Positions 12,172-24,780 of a DNA stretch of 64,000 nucleotides are shown one piece after another. The notes beneath the pieces are model-generated. The model was not told the origin of the DNA. It did not search any database and saw only the letters and a list, made by a program, of their open reading frames with translations. The first letter of the stretch is position 1; every line of letters starts with the position of its first letter. The stretch comes from Malacoraja senta (Eukaryota): positions 9,796,001-9,860,000 of the forward strand of contig CM075989.1 of the NCBI GenBank assembly GCA_038087875.1, written 5' to 3'. A program made the position numbers and the translations under genes.

Positions 12172-13300
12172 CTAAAAACAAGGAATAAAAGTAATCAATC
12201 TACAAGAAACCCGAGGGATACATTGACATAATTGCACGCAGGTTTCTGCATTGCTTTCTGGAACTTAACATTCTTCATTAGCATTGATTGAAAGATACAG
12301 CATAGAAACAGGCTCTTTGGCCCACCGAAACCATACCAACCATCGAAAGTTGGTATTGACACTTTTCAAAAACAGAAAGCAATAAACAGAGTTCATGACA
12401 GTCAACTTTTGAACTTCTGAAAGCTTCAAGCGCACACTTTCAGCAAGTAAACCTATGTTTCAATATTTAGTCAGTTTTCACATATTAAAAATATTTCTTT
12501 GGTCTCTCTCTCTCAAAGACAACACTTTTGAGCAAGTTATGCCGGCAAATTGTGACACATAATTTTAAACAAATTGAAGAACTTTTTAGTTCTTCTGAAC
12601 AACATCAACACTGTTTAACCGATACAATATGATCAACAACTAAAAACAAAGCCATGCTCTTTTATTTCCTCCTCCCTTTTACCATTGATTTAAATCTCAA
12701 CAAAGATAAATAATACAAGAAAATCACAAAATTTGAGTGACTGCTGCATAATGGTTTATCATTACAGTTCTGGGACTTTTCCCAATCGGGGCTCAGCTGC
12801 CTTAAGATATCATATCTCATTCAGGTTTAATTCCATTTGGTAACACATTGGACAACAGCTGAGCACCCTGCAGAATCATGCCTCAGGACTTCAATACAAC
12901 CGAAAACCAGAATATCAACAAACTACTAACTTGGTGGAGCATACAATTTACCAGGGTGACATACAAAAAGATAACAATGGATCCCAAAGTTATAATCTTT
13001 ATGCAAAACATTATGCAAAACATAATATCTTAAAGGCCAATAGACATAACATACTATTCAATTATGCTGCAGTAAGTCCCTCCCAAAATATTTTTCTCAA
13101 TATCCTCATTTGAAGAAAGTGCTGATTAGCAAACCAATCTTCTAACTAGACTCTGCCTTCACCAGCAATGAGAAGGTTCTGCTTTGTACTGTATTTATAC
13201 AAGTAATCAGAAATATAATAGCACCAAAAAACAAAGTGTGTATATGCATGTGCACGCAGTGCTTGCTCTTTCTCACTCACACACACACAAAATAACAATG

Positions 13301-14575
13301 TTTTAATTCCAAAAATAAACTTCATTCAGAATTTAAAATGCATACAGAATTAAAACTGTAAAAAAAAGTTTCAAACATCCTCATTGTCTATACATTTAGT
13401 AGCGTCATATTCAGTAGTGTTAACAGCTATCTTTAGACAAAATACCCTTGCCCCTCATGTGGCCCCCTGGGGTGATATCCCTTCCCTTGTTTGTGGAGAG
13501 TCCCCACCAGACTCTGGTCCTCAATGTTCAGCAGTGCAACAACCCTAGACAGTGGTCCTCCTTCACAGAGCCTTGGCATTGACTGCACCAAGCTTCAGTG
13601 CATACCTCCTCATCTCCTCCTGCAGTTTGGAATGGGGCGGTCTGCAACATTTCATGATGGACATCCCATGCTGGGAGACCAACAGGTTTTGGGCAGATCA
13701 AAGAGCGTCTTTTACCAAGTTGACGATCCAGCAGCACTTGATGATCGTCTCCGAAATATCTTTGCGAACAGCTCGTAAATCAGTGTTACGGGGCTGTTTG
13801 GGATGAAACGCAACATGAAAATTTGCATCATTCTTCAGACCCTCTTCACAAATCCACACTCTGCAAAGAGGCAGGCAATCATCTCTCTGTGGCATGCTAC
13901 TCATTGGACGGCTGCGTCAGTGGTAAGATTCCGACGGTACAGGAATGATCTGACTGGGAGGGCCCATCTTATCACTAGCCAAGCGAGATTTTGGTGCTTG
14001 CTGGTGAGTTCTGGCGATGAGGCATTTTCCCAGACAAACTGGGCATTCTGCTGAGGGAACCACACCACAGGATCTACTGAGCTTGTCCGGGAGATTTTCT
14101 GTGCTGAACCCTGCCTAATAGACTTGTGATCGAACGTATTGGTCTGGAAGAACTTTTCCAGTGTACAGGTGGTGCTGCAGTGTTCAGCTGACTGGCACAT
14201 AGCATGGCAGAGCTGCCAGCAATCCGTTGTAAAACCGGGGACAGGTAATGACATTTGGTATCCACGTTCTTGGCTCAACACACAGCCTGATGCAGCCACA
14301 CACGAAGGTAGCCATCAGGATGAGGGCAACATCCGGCACGTTTTTGCATCCATTTTCCGTGAAAGTGCATCGTGACCAGAAAGAAGGCTAGGGTGATCGG
14401 CAAGACAGAGGAGCAGGGGACAGGCCAAGCACAACTGCCCCGAGAGCAACCCACACCTGATGATCACATTTTTCCTGTTTTTTGAGAGGGATCGCTGTTT
14501 CCACAGTCCCAATTTTTGCTTGACCTTGGCTATCCGCTCAAGACAATTCCACCATCTTGGCTGTGTGGTCATTAA
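13301..14575 (-). mobile_element. L1/Tx1-clade LINE, 5'-truncated
   Basis: LERIAKVKQKLGLWKQRSLS and KHQNLAWLVIRWALPVRSFLYRRNL (zf-RVT-like region), broken by stops and frameshifts. A-rich tail at ~13301. Confidence 0.8.
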
Positions 14576-14594
14576 AATATTATACTAATAAAGT

Positions 14595-14725
14595 ATGTAG
14601 GAAAGAACTGCACAGATGCTGGTTTAAATTGAAGATAGACACAAAATGCTGGAGTAACTCAGCAGGACAGGCAGCATCTCTGGAGAGAAGGTGACGTTTC
14701 GAGTCGAGACCCTTCTTCGGACTGA
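14595..14725 (-). mobile_element. Penelope-like terminal repeat with hammerhead-like motif
   Basis: gtaggaaagaactgcacagatgctggtttaaattgaagatagacacaaaatgctggagtaactcagc...gacgtttcgagtcgagacccttcttc. Confidence 0.8.
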
Positions 14726-14967
14726 AAATAAAGTAGTTCTCTTGATTTGCTCGTTTATGATTGTGTATCATAATCACGTGTTGAGTCTAGAGTTACATAG
14801 AGTAGGCAAGGCAGATTAAGGACAGATTTCCTTCCCGAAAGGGTATTATTGAACCAGATTGGTTTTTATTACAATTGAATACTTTTTGTAGTGATTACCC
14901 AGACTAGTTGATATGTTACCCAAATTTCCCAGCTTCTGCGATAGGACATAAACGCGGGTCTCTAACA

Positions 14968-15285
14968 TTTAGTTTAGTTTAGAGATACAGCATGAAAACA
15001 GTCCCTTCGGTCCACCAGGTCCACGCCAACTATCGATCACCCATTCACACCTGCTCTATGTTATCCCACTTTCTCATTCACTCCATTCACTTTGGGGGAA
15101 ATTCGCAGAGGCCAATTAACCTGCAAACTTGCAGGTCTTTGGGATGTGGGAGGAAACTGGAGCACCCAGAGAAAACCCACGCGATCACGGGGAGAATGTG
15201 TAAACACCACACAGACAGTACCCGAGGTCAGGATTGAACCTAAGTCTCTGGCACTGAGATAGCTGCTCTACCAGCTGCACCTCGC
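14968..15285 (-). mobile_element. tRNA-derived V-SINE/HE1-type SINE
   Basis: B-box-like ggttcaatcc, V-SINE core ctgggtgctccagtttcctcccacatcccaaagac, (ctaaa)n tail. Confidence 0.85.
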
Positions 15286-16944
15286 CGGAAGAGATTTAAG
15301 ATTAAGAGAAAAGTCATCTTTTGATTCATTGCAAATCGACGAGAAGAAAGGGAAAACAGACTGGACACAATGGAAAGGAGTTTGGGATGGACTGATGTGT
15401 TCTCTGGATCTTCATTTTTTTTTTTAAATAATACCTTTGATGAAGCCTCAGTTGATCACATTTTCTCATTTCCAGTTGACAATGTAAAGAGAAAGAGTTG
15501 CTAATGCAAATAAGAACAGGAGGTTTTACAAATAACCATTTTTTCCCATTCATTAAATCTACGGCAATCAATTCAATATGCTCGACCATGTGTTTATCTA
15601 TCTTGAACCCAGGAAAGATAAAACACATCTTAATGATGAGAAACTTAGAACTGCAAGAGAGCAGAGAAATTTTGGAAACCAAATACACAAATCGTTAAAA
15701 GCCAGCAGACCAGGTACAAAAAGCAATTAAAAAGCTAATGGAATATTGGCTTTTATCACAATACAAATGTGAGGAAATTACGCTTCATTGCAGGGATCTG
15801 TACAGTGTATGGCACAGTGGTAGAGCCCGATTCCTGCTGTATCTCTAAAATTAAAACCTCAGTCGAGTACTGTTTAGTCTTGGGGATCACATTCCAGGTG
15901 AGCTATACTGGCCTCAAAGTACATACATTGCAGACACATTCATTAGAATGACACTGGAGTTCAGAGGCTTGTGTTGGTGTTGGGTTTAATTCTTAGGTAT
16001 AGTTAAGTAGGAAGGTAGACTTTGGAAACATACTAAACCTAACCGCCAGATTCTAATTTTGTTATTCAATGTCCGTTGTGTCTGTCTAGTCTTATCTGAG
16101 AGTGTAAGATCACCAACTATATAACCTGCAGGCTAAAATGTATACTATTAAAGCACTTTGAATGTAAGCTATCCAAAGGTATGATGACATACTTGAAAAA
16201 AACAAGAAATTCAACAGTTCATCAGTCTTGGCATGTCTACTCCACTAGAACATTAAGAACCAGAGCTAGAGATGACATAAGGATGAATTGAGTATTACCT
16301 TAAGAAATCATAGATACGATAGTAGGAAAACTGATAGGGAACCATCAGTTAGAAGAACTTAAGTTTGGATGATCACCAAACACAAGTGGGATAGATGAGG
16401 TGGACATCCATCCACAAGTAATACTTGTGGGGAAACACCACCATCAGTTAATTGTCGATAATTCTTTGCATATGTATATTATGTGTAAAAAATATCCTTG
16501 TCTCCTAAGAATCCAAATGACTCCAATCAAAGATGTTTCCTTGCATGTTCACATTGATCAAATAAATACTTATTAAGTCTGAATCTCTAGATTCTAAATG
16601 GAACTTATTTAAACTCATATTCATCCCATTTCTCCAGCCGTAGAATTATCAAAGAAATAATAAAATTATAGCTCAGTCACTCGGCAGCTAAATTAAAAAT
16701 CGCCTATTCACAAATAAGATAGTGGATATGTAGAAGTAATGAAGGCTAAAAGTACTTCACCCTATGGCATCACGCCTATCTATATTAATCCTCCCATGTG
16801 TTTGTCCAAATACCTCTTAAATGTTGTAACTGTTCCTGAGAGACTGCAGAAGAGTCACAAGAATCACAAACTTAAACCCACATTCCATAAAGGGGATACA
16901 TTCCAATCTATAGCTATAATGCAATGCAAACAATTTCATTCTAA

Positions 16945-17238
16945 CAGTGGCACAGCTGGCAGAGATGCTGTCTCACAGCACCAGAGAGCTGAGATTGATC
17001 CTGATTTCAGGTGCTGTTTTGTGTGGAGTTTGCATGTTCTCCCTGCGACCATGTGGGTTTCCTCCCAAATCCCCATAATGTATGGGCTTGTTGATTAATT
17101 AACTTGTGTAAAATTGCCCCTAAGGAGTGGATGAGAAAGTGGAATAACATAGAATTAGTGTGAACAGGTGGCCAATGTTGGTGTGAACTCGGTGTGCCAA
17201 AGGATCTGTTTCCATGCTGTATATCTAAACTAAACTAA
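16945..17238 (+). mobile_element. tRNA-derived V-SINE/HE1-type SINE
   Basis: tgtggagtttgcatgttctccctgcgaccatgtgggtttcctccc core; ctaaactaaactaa tail. Confidence 0.85.
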
Positions 17239-17913
17239 CGTTTTATCCAATGACACTAACAACATCTCGTTAGCCAAATTATCAAAACAGTCTCCATGTC
17301 CCTCTAATCATATGTCTATTGGGGGCGGTCACATACTCAACTGCAATGCATTTTAAGAAATAAATAAAATTTGCTTAGAAAATGGAACAGAGATTGGATC
17401 AGGGAGAATTCAAGGAAGATGTGTAACAAACTCAAAGATGTAGGATAGAAATGATCACAGAGATACAATGAGATCTATTTAAATAAAGTGCAAGATGTTT
17501 ATTCTATTAAAAAGTATTTTATTTAATAAACTGAGGATAAATAAAAAATGCCTCATAATTAAAATTGAAGCATATGATAAGCTAGAATGCTGAAATTTAA
17601 AGAACATTGTGTAAACGAGAAATTAAAACAGGTGAGAAAGAATAGGCCACATTTACAAAAAAAGTCAAAAGGAGCAAAATAATTTCCACAAATATCAATA
17701 AAAACAAAAATAACTTAAAGAAAGATGGGGCTTTGTAGAATAAAAGATTGCCAATATGTTAATGATGATCACAAATATCAGCAAACGATAGATACATCAC
17801 TCTTTAATTAAGAGGTGCATCCTAGGTAGTTGAGCAAGATGATGCAATTACAAAGTTTATAATACATTGATAGAGCTTCTGACATTTGTAGATTCATGAG
17901 TATATTGGAATAA

Positions 17914-19385
17914 AAAAAGACAAATTGCTGGAGTAACTCAGCTGGTCAGGTAACATCTTCCCCCTAGTCGCAACAGGGACAGATTCCCCCGCGTCCTTAC
18001 CTTTCACCCCATCTGCCGTCGCATACAATACATAATCCAACATTTTCGCCATCTCCAACGGGTCACACCTTCTCATCTCCACCCTTTTAGCCTTCCGCAG
18101 AGACCTTTCCCTCCACAACTCCCTGGTTAACTCAACCCTTCCCACCCAAACCATCCCCTCCCCAGGTACCTTCTTCTACAACCGCAAGGTGTCCCTATAC
18201 ATCCTCCCTCGACTCTTTGTCCAGGGACCCCAACAGTCCTTTCAGGTTAGGCAGAGGCTCACTTACGCCTCCTCCAACCTCATCTACTGTATCCGTTGTT
18301 CAAGATGTGGACTCTTATACATCGGCGGGACCAAAACGTAGACTGGGCGATCGTTTCGTTGAACACTTCCACTCAGTCAGCCTAGACTTAGCTGATGTCA
18401 CAATTTCCTGACTAGTCTGAAGAAGACTCTCGACCCGAAACGTCACCCATTCATTCTCTCCAAAGATGCTGCCTGTCTCCCGCTGAGTTACTCCAGCATT
18501 TTATGTCTATCTATGGAGAACATGGATAGGTGACATTTCAGGAAGGGACCCTTCTTCAGAAAATTGTGGTGGTGAGTGGGAGAGCAGAAATGGGTGCTGG
18601 TCCAGATGGGGCACAAGGAAGGAAAGTGGGTGAGGTAAAGGAGGAAGGTCTTTAGGGTAGTTAAAATTGGTGAATTCAATTTTCATACCATTGGGTTGTA
18701 AGCTACACAAGCAGAATACGAGGTGCTGTTTCTCCAGTTTGCATGTGGCCTCACTCTGGCAATGGACAAGGCCCAGAACAGAAAGATTAATATGGGAATG
18801 GGAAGGAGAGTTAAAATGGTTAGCAACCGGGAGATCCAGTAGGCCTTTGCGGACCGAGTGCAAGTGTTCAGTCGCCAAGTCTACACTTGACTTTGCTGAT
18901 GTAAAGACCACTTTGGGAACACTGGATGCAGTAGATGAGGTTAGAGGATGTGTATGTGAACCATCCTCTAGAAGGACTGATGGGGTCCCTGGATGAATAT
19001 GAGGGAGGAGGGGTAGGGTGGTGCGCAAAAATGAGTGAATCAAGGATATGCGGAGGGAACGGTCTCTGCGGAAGATGGAAAGGGGTGGAGATTGGAAGAT
19101 CTGGCCGGTGGTGAGATCACGTTGAAGGTGAGGGAAATGTTGTTGTATGCGGAGGTTGGTAGGTAAATGGTAAGGACCACGGAAACTCTATCCTTGTTCT
19201 GTTGGGGGTGGGGGGGTAGCGAGAACATAACTGGGAGGAGATATAGTACATATAACTGTAGGAATTAGTGGGATTGTAGTAGGTCAGTCAATAGCTTGTC
19301 CCCTGTCTGTCTGACAGAGAAATCAAGAAAAGGGTGCGGTGTCAGGGATAGCCTAAGCGAATTTGAGGGCAAGATGGAAGGTAGC
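17914..19385. mobile_element. Tail-to-tail Penelope-like fragments (+ ~17958-18511, - ~18510-19385)
   Basis: GIY-YIG segments (KRRLGDRFVEHFHSV; EHLHSVRKGLLDLPVANHFNSPSHS) on opposite strands, each with a hammerhead-like terminus. Confidence 0.85.
18417..18444 (+). ncRNA. Minimal type-I hammerhead-ribozyme-like motif of a Penelope element (stem II damaged)
   Basis: CTGAAGA-agactctcgaccc-GAAA-CGTC with intact catalytic core boxes. Activity untested. Confidence 0.55.
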
Positions 19386-19391
19386 AGCATG

Positions 19392-19691
19392 ATGGCAAAG
19401 CGGTTGAGCTACTGCTGAGCAGCGACAGACACCTGGGTTCGATCCTGACTATGTGTACTTGTCTGTACGGTGATTGCGCATTCTCCCCGTGACCTGCGTG
19501 GGTTTCACCGAAATCTTTGGTTTCCTCCCACACTCCAAAGACGTACAGCTTTGTATGTTAATTGGCTTAGTATAAATGTAAAATTGTCCCCAGTGTGTGT
19601 AGGGTAGTGTTAATGTGCAGAGATTGCTGGTCAGTGTGGTCTCTGTGGGCCGAAGGGCCTGTTTCCATGCTGTAACTCTAAATTAAACTAA
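19392..19691 (+). mobile_element. tRNA-derived V-SINE/HE1-type SINE
   Basis: B-box gggttcgatcc at 19435-19445, V-SINE core, ctctaaattaaactaa tail. Confidence 0.85.
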
Positions 19692-20179
19692 TCCTGCACG
19701 GGTTTTCAGGAGTCAGCCCCGATGCAGTCATCGATGTAGTGGAGAAAGATGGTGCCAGTGTACTTTTGGAACAGAGTCAGCTATTCTGATGTACGACTAG
19801 ATCCAAGGCAATCATAAATTAGTCTCATTGACCTTTTGCTATCAGGTTTTAATCCCACATCAGTAAAAGGATTTCTCTCTCCAAGAAGTGCTACCTAACC
19901 TGAATGAGATTTTCACCTGAGATTTTTAATAAAAGCAGCTTTGCTGGAACCAATATTATTCTTGAAACTATTTAAAGAGCCAATACTTTCAGAGCATTTT
20001 ATTTTAAATAAAATATTTATATTTTAATAGCTATTCTGAGAATTGGTTTCTTGTGGAAATACATTATTTCTGGATTTATGCATTTAGAAAAACAAATTAG
20101 TTTTGAACCCAAAAAAGGAAATTATTTTTTATTGGTATTGCCCAAATTTGATTTTTTTTTGTAAACACATGAGTTAAAC

Positions 20180-20490
20180 TGCATGTACTGTTGTATCACA
20201 ACATGAGGGTCCCTGTTTCAATCGAGAATACTGTCGGTGTGGAGTTTGCATGCTCACAGTGTCTGCTTGAGTGTCCCCCAGATGCCCCCACTTCTTCTCA
20301 CACGACAAAGATATGCTGGTTTGTAGGTTAATTAGTTGTTGTAAATTGTCCGGGTGATATCTAGGAGGATCAGGTGTTGGTAGGCATGTGAGATACAAAA
20401 GGTTAGTGGGAAATAAATGTAGGAATGAAATTGGTGGGATTGCTTTGAAATTTAGCATTGACTTAATGGGCTGAATGGCCCAATTCATGA
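20180..20490 (+). mobile_element. Degenerate V-SINE
   Basis: gtgtggagtttgcatg...ggtttgtaggttaattagttgttgtaaattgtcc. Confidence 0.65.
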
Positions 20491-20949
20491 GAAATGTGAA
20501 ATATTACATACTGTAAAACGTATATCAAAATTATTTTGATAAAGCATAATAAAGTCAGCTGTTATTATTACTCAAGAGGTCAGGCTAGTGGATAAAATGA
20601 CAGTGTTAATGTTTAAGATTTATGATCAATATACTTATTTATTTATTTAATTCTTTATTTCGAACAGAATAAAAGAATAAAAAGCAAGTGTGAAACAGCA
20701 TACAAAAAACAACAACAAAAAAAAACAAGAATATTTATAAAGTTTCATAAACAATATTTATAAATAAATATATTGTTAAATTAAAAAAAATCTTCCAGCA
20801 TAGGCAGAGCAAACAGCTGCTGTACCCAAGGGGAGGAATGGAAATAAATCTCAATATAGAAATAAGAGCATATTAATAATAAATCATATACCAGCAGTCC
20901 TCCGATACCCAACAGGGGCCAGTGGTCCACCTCTCCCCATCAGGGGCCA

Positions 20950-21582
20950 ATGGTCCTCCGCTCCCTGGGGTGGAGGGTACGACACCGAGGAGTCCCATGC
21001 AACCTGTTTCTCTCCCGGTTCACAGACTCGCTAGCCGCCTGCACCTTTTGCAGGCTTTATGAGTCTGTGTTCCACGTCTACATGGAGTGTGTGAGGTTGC
21101 AGCCCCTGTTCCAACATCTAAAGGGGCTGCTCCTGGCCTTCTGGCTGCACTTCACACCGACCATCCTCATCTTTGGACACCCTGCGTGTAGGGGAGAGGG
21201 TAGAGCTGAAGATGTCTTGGGTTGGGTTGCTCCTAGACCTGGCCAAGCTGGTCATCCACGAGTCGCGGTGCCTGGCTGAAGAGGGTTCCGCCCGAGCCGG
21301 CTGCCTGCCCTTTTCCGGGGTTACGTCCGTCCCCGGGTGGTATTAGAGAGGGACTAAGCGCTGACCACGGGCACCCTGGGGGATTTCCAGGACCGCTGGG
21401 CACCGCAGGGTGGGGGTGGAATGAATCCTCAATAAGAATTGTATTATAGTTATTTGAAAATTTAGTGTCTTAGATAAACTGGTGATTTTGTGCTATGGTG
21501 GTGGGTGTGTTACCACTGCCTTGGTTTGTAAATATTATTTTGTATCATAATTGAATCAATTATTTTTTATATATTAATAAAA
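20950..21582 (+). mobile_element. L1/Tx1-clade LINE 3' fragment inserted in the C-rich repeat
   Basis: CTFCRLYESVFHVYMECVRLQPLF CCHC-type C-terminal knuckle; T-rich UTR ending aataaaaa. Confidence 0.75.
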
Positions 21583-22660
21583 AGGGCCAGTGGTCCATCG
21601 CACAGCATCAAGCGTCAGCAGTCCTCCACTCCCCATCAGGGATAATCAGTCCTCCACTCCCCATCAGGGGTCAGTTGCACACTGCTCCCCATCAAAGGCC
21701 AGCAGTCCATCACTCCCCCCAGCAGGAGCCAACAGCAGCTCCCACCATCAAGGGCCCGCAATTCACTGCCCACCATCAGGGGCCAGCAGTTCACTGCTCC
21801 TCCCACCAAGGACCAATGATCCTCCACTCCCCATCAAGGGCCAGTGGTCCAGGGCACACCATCAGGGGCCTGGGGCCCTCCACTCCCCATCAAGGGCCAG
21901 CAGTTCACTGCTCCCCCCACCACCAGGGGCCAACAGTTTGCCGTTCCCCAACAGGGGCCAGCGGTCCCCCACTCCCCCAACAGGGACCAACAGTAAACCA
22001 TTCCTCAACAGGAGCCAGAAGCTCACCGCCTACCATCAGGAACCAGCAGTCCACCACCCACAATCATGGGCGAGCAGTTCAACGCTGCCCAACAGGGGAC
22101 AGCAGGAGCCAGAGGTCCAACGCTCCCCGCATCAGGAGGCAGTGTCCGCCACTCCCCATCAGAGGCCAGCAGTTCACCGCACCCCCCCCATCACAGACCA
22201 GTGGTCCTCCACCCACAATCATGGGCCAGCAGTCCACCAGTGGTCCTCCACCCACCATCATGGGCCAGCAGTCCACCACCCACCAGTGGTCCTCCACCCA
22301 CCATCATGGGCCAGCAGTCCACCAGTGGTCCTCCACCCACAATCATGGGCCAGCAGTCCACCACCCACCAGTGGTCCTCCACCCACCATCATGGGCCAGC
22401 AGTCCACCACCCACCAGTGGTCCTCCACCCACCATCATGGGCCAGCAGTCCACCACCCACCAGTGGTCCTCCACCCACCATCATGGGCCAGCAGTCCACC
22501 ACCCACCAGTGGTCCTCCACCCACCATCATGGGCCAGCAGTCCACCACCCACCATCAGAGACCAGTGGTCCTCCACTTCCCAGTAGGGGCCAGAAGTTCA
22601 CCACTCCCCCCCCCCCCCCAGCAGGAGCCGGTAGTCACTCCCTCTCCTTCCCCACCCCCA
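21583..22660. repeat. C-rich degenerate ~23-bp tandem repeat containing a homogeneous 46/39-bp minisatellite (~22196-22576)
   Basis: Unit accagtggtcctccacccaccatcatgggccagcagtccaccaccc repeated about 8 times, some lacking 7 bp. Flanking units resemble caggggccagcagtcctccactccccat. Confidence 0.92.
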
Positions 22661-22665
22661 CCTAC

Positions 22666-22791
22666 CAGCACGTCTCTGAAGAGGAGCTGGGAGCCGGGCG
22701 GGATGCTCCAGTCCAGGTCGCCGCTCACCACCTTGATGCGGATGACGAGCTGCAGCTGCGTCTTGGGCTCCATCTCACGCGGCACGAGCAT
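22666..22791 (-). CDS. MAP2K5: MAP2K5 (MEK5) coding exon 1, N-terminal part of the PB1 domain
   Basis: Translates MLVPREMEPKTQLQLVIRIKVVSGDLDWSIPPGSQLLFRDVL, matching the recalled MEK5 N-terminus (VLVIRIK...DW...QLLFRDVL). Ends at donor CTG|gtagg, phase 0, inside a CpG island. Confidence 0.96.
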
Positions 22792-23125
22792 CGCTGGCGC
22801 GCGGCCTCATCCTCCGCGACCAACGGCCGGGCCCTCAGCAAGCAACGGCCGCTCGCGCTGCCTCCTCTCGCATTCAGCGAGCGCTCCGCTACCCCCGTCC
22901 CGCGGCTACCGTCAGCACTTCCAGAAACGGAATGTCTGATTCTGAACAGCTGCGGCCGGTTTGATTTGGGCTTCTGCCGCTCTTATTCCCACCGATACCG
23001 TCCCTCCAGCTTGTAAATAAAAGGGAATGTCAGTCTATGCCACACCGGAACCAAAATGAGGGCAAGCGGAGATCACTCGGATACGTAATAGGAAACACGG
23101 CCTCCAGCTCGGCGGCCATCTTTGT
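22690..23125 (-). promoter_or_regulatory. CpG island / promoter and 5' UTR of MAP2K5
   Basis: CpG-dense, GC-rich block in a CpG-poor background. YY1-like AAGATGGCCGCC on the minus strand at 23111-23122; ETS core CCGGAA at 23045-23050. Confidence 0.8.
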
Positions 23126-23769
23126 TGTTCTGACAGGAGGTAGAGGTTGCCAACTCTGCATGAGGATTCAGGTATTATGATGGATACTGTCTGTTTCATT
23201 TACTAGGAAGTTCACCCCAAGGTTGATACATAAACATATTTGAAACTTCTTGTAAGTGGAGTTCATAAATTGTTCACTAAGTGATGGCAGAAAACTTCAG
23301 ACATCTGACTAAAGTTGGCAACCATCGGGAAGGATGGATGTCCTTACTTAAGAGTTTGCAAAATTCAAGAGAGTTTATTGTCACGTGTCCCTGATAGGAC
23401 AATGAAATTCTTGCTTTGAAATTGTTTTATTAAATATAATAATTTATTTTAACACCTCGGGGGCAGAGGAAACATGTATTTTATCTCCCCCCATTTACCA
23501 GTGTGTGGACCAGGGTGAAGTTAAATCTAGGTATCTAAAGCAGGTGTCCTGGAGAAAGAAGGTATGACGGATGGATACCTTTTCCTGTAGTTTATGTGTG
23601 ACTGGGTATAAAGTAAATTAAAAACAAGTTGTATTTTCTCTGTGTGACTTTAATAGTATACATTTTAAGGTCTTATTTCTAAATAACTGCTGGTGAGTAG
23701 GAAGCTTGCAAATTAATAAGAGTGCAGGGGCAACGTGTTCCTGTTAGGGTGAATTTAGGAAACCCTGGT

Positions 23770-24500
23770 TAATGAGAGATATTAAGACTGGTCAGAGAAA
23801 AGAAGGAGACATACATCAGATTTAGAGAGACAGGATCAAGTGAATCTGTATATAAGTGTGTAGGAATACACTTAAGAAGGCAATCAGGAATGCAAAAAGA
23901 GGAAATGAAATAGAGCTGACAGGCAAGGTTATGGGAGGAAGTTTTAGAGGTGGGAGCTTCCAGGATTTGGATAAGCATGGAGTGATGATAAATATTCGGT
24001 ACGGGTTTGTACATGGAAAATCATGTCTCGCAAATATGATAGTTTTTTGTAAACGGTTACCAAGAGGAGCAGTACCAATATGGACTTTAGCAAGGCCTTT
24101 AACAGGTCTGGCATGGTAGGCTAGTTAGGAAGGTCAGAATGCATTGAATGCAAGGTGAGCTAGACAATTGGATTCAAAATTAGCTTGGAGGAAGGAGTCA
24201 GAGGGCTGTTCTGGAGGGTTGTTTTTCTGATCGGAGGCCTGTGACTAGTGTGCTTCAGGGGTTTGTGCCGAGGCCACTGCTGTTTGTTATATGTATAAAA
24301 AATTTGGATGACAACATAGTTAACATTGGTAGTAAATGTACAGATGACACCAAAATTGGTGGCATAATAGACAGTGAGAAAGGATTTCCAAGTTTACAAC
24401 AGTGTCTAGATTAGTTGGGAATTTCAGCCAAGAAATGGAAAATAAAGTCTAACTCTGACAAGTATGAGGTGTTGCACTTTGGTATGTCAAACCAGGGTAT
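23770..24500 (+). mobile_element. Old CR1 LINE RT fragment
   Basis: YGFVHGKSCLAN, DFSKAF-like and ggtagtaaatgtacagatgacaccaaaattggt (FADDTK remnant) segments. Confidence 0.75.
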
Positions 24501-24780
24501 TACAGAACAAATTGATAGGCAGATGATTGGACAAAGGCCAGAGATGGAAAGGAATATAGGTGGAGAGGAGAAATGCGTACATGTCTGTGTGGGGAACTGT
24601 GAAGGGGGGGGGGTTACCTAAAATTGGAAAATTCCATGTTCATACTATTAGGTTGTAAGAGACACAAGTGGAATATGAGATGTTGTACCCGTGCAGTTTG
24701 TGTGTGGCCTTACACTGGCAGTGGAGGAGGCCCAGGACGGAAAGCTCAGTATGGGAAGGGGAGTTAAAATGATGCATGGA
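24500..24780 (-). mobile_element. Penelope-like fragment
   Basis: HFNSPSHTELSVLGLLHCQ motif. Confidence 0.7.

Noticed and set aside
19392-19460. tRNA gene (B-box GGTTCGATCC)
   Set aside because: It is the head of a SINE, followed by the V-SINE core and tail. No intact cloverleaf.
22196-22576. Regular repeats that could suggest a CRISPR array
   Set aside because: Head-to-tail units without unique spacers, in a vertebrate genome, with no cas genes: a minisatellite.
21590-23016. Long plus-strand ORFs of 449, 303 and 316 aa rich in P/H/S
   Set aside because: All three frames are open because the C-rich tandem repeat lacks stop codons. The same peptide cycles between frames, and the ORFs are antisense to MAP2K5 exon 1/intron 1.
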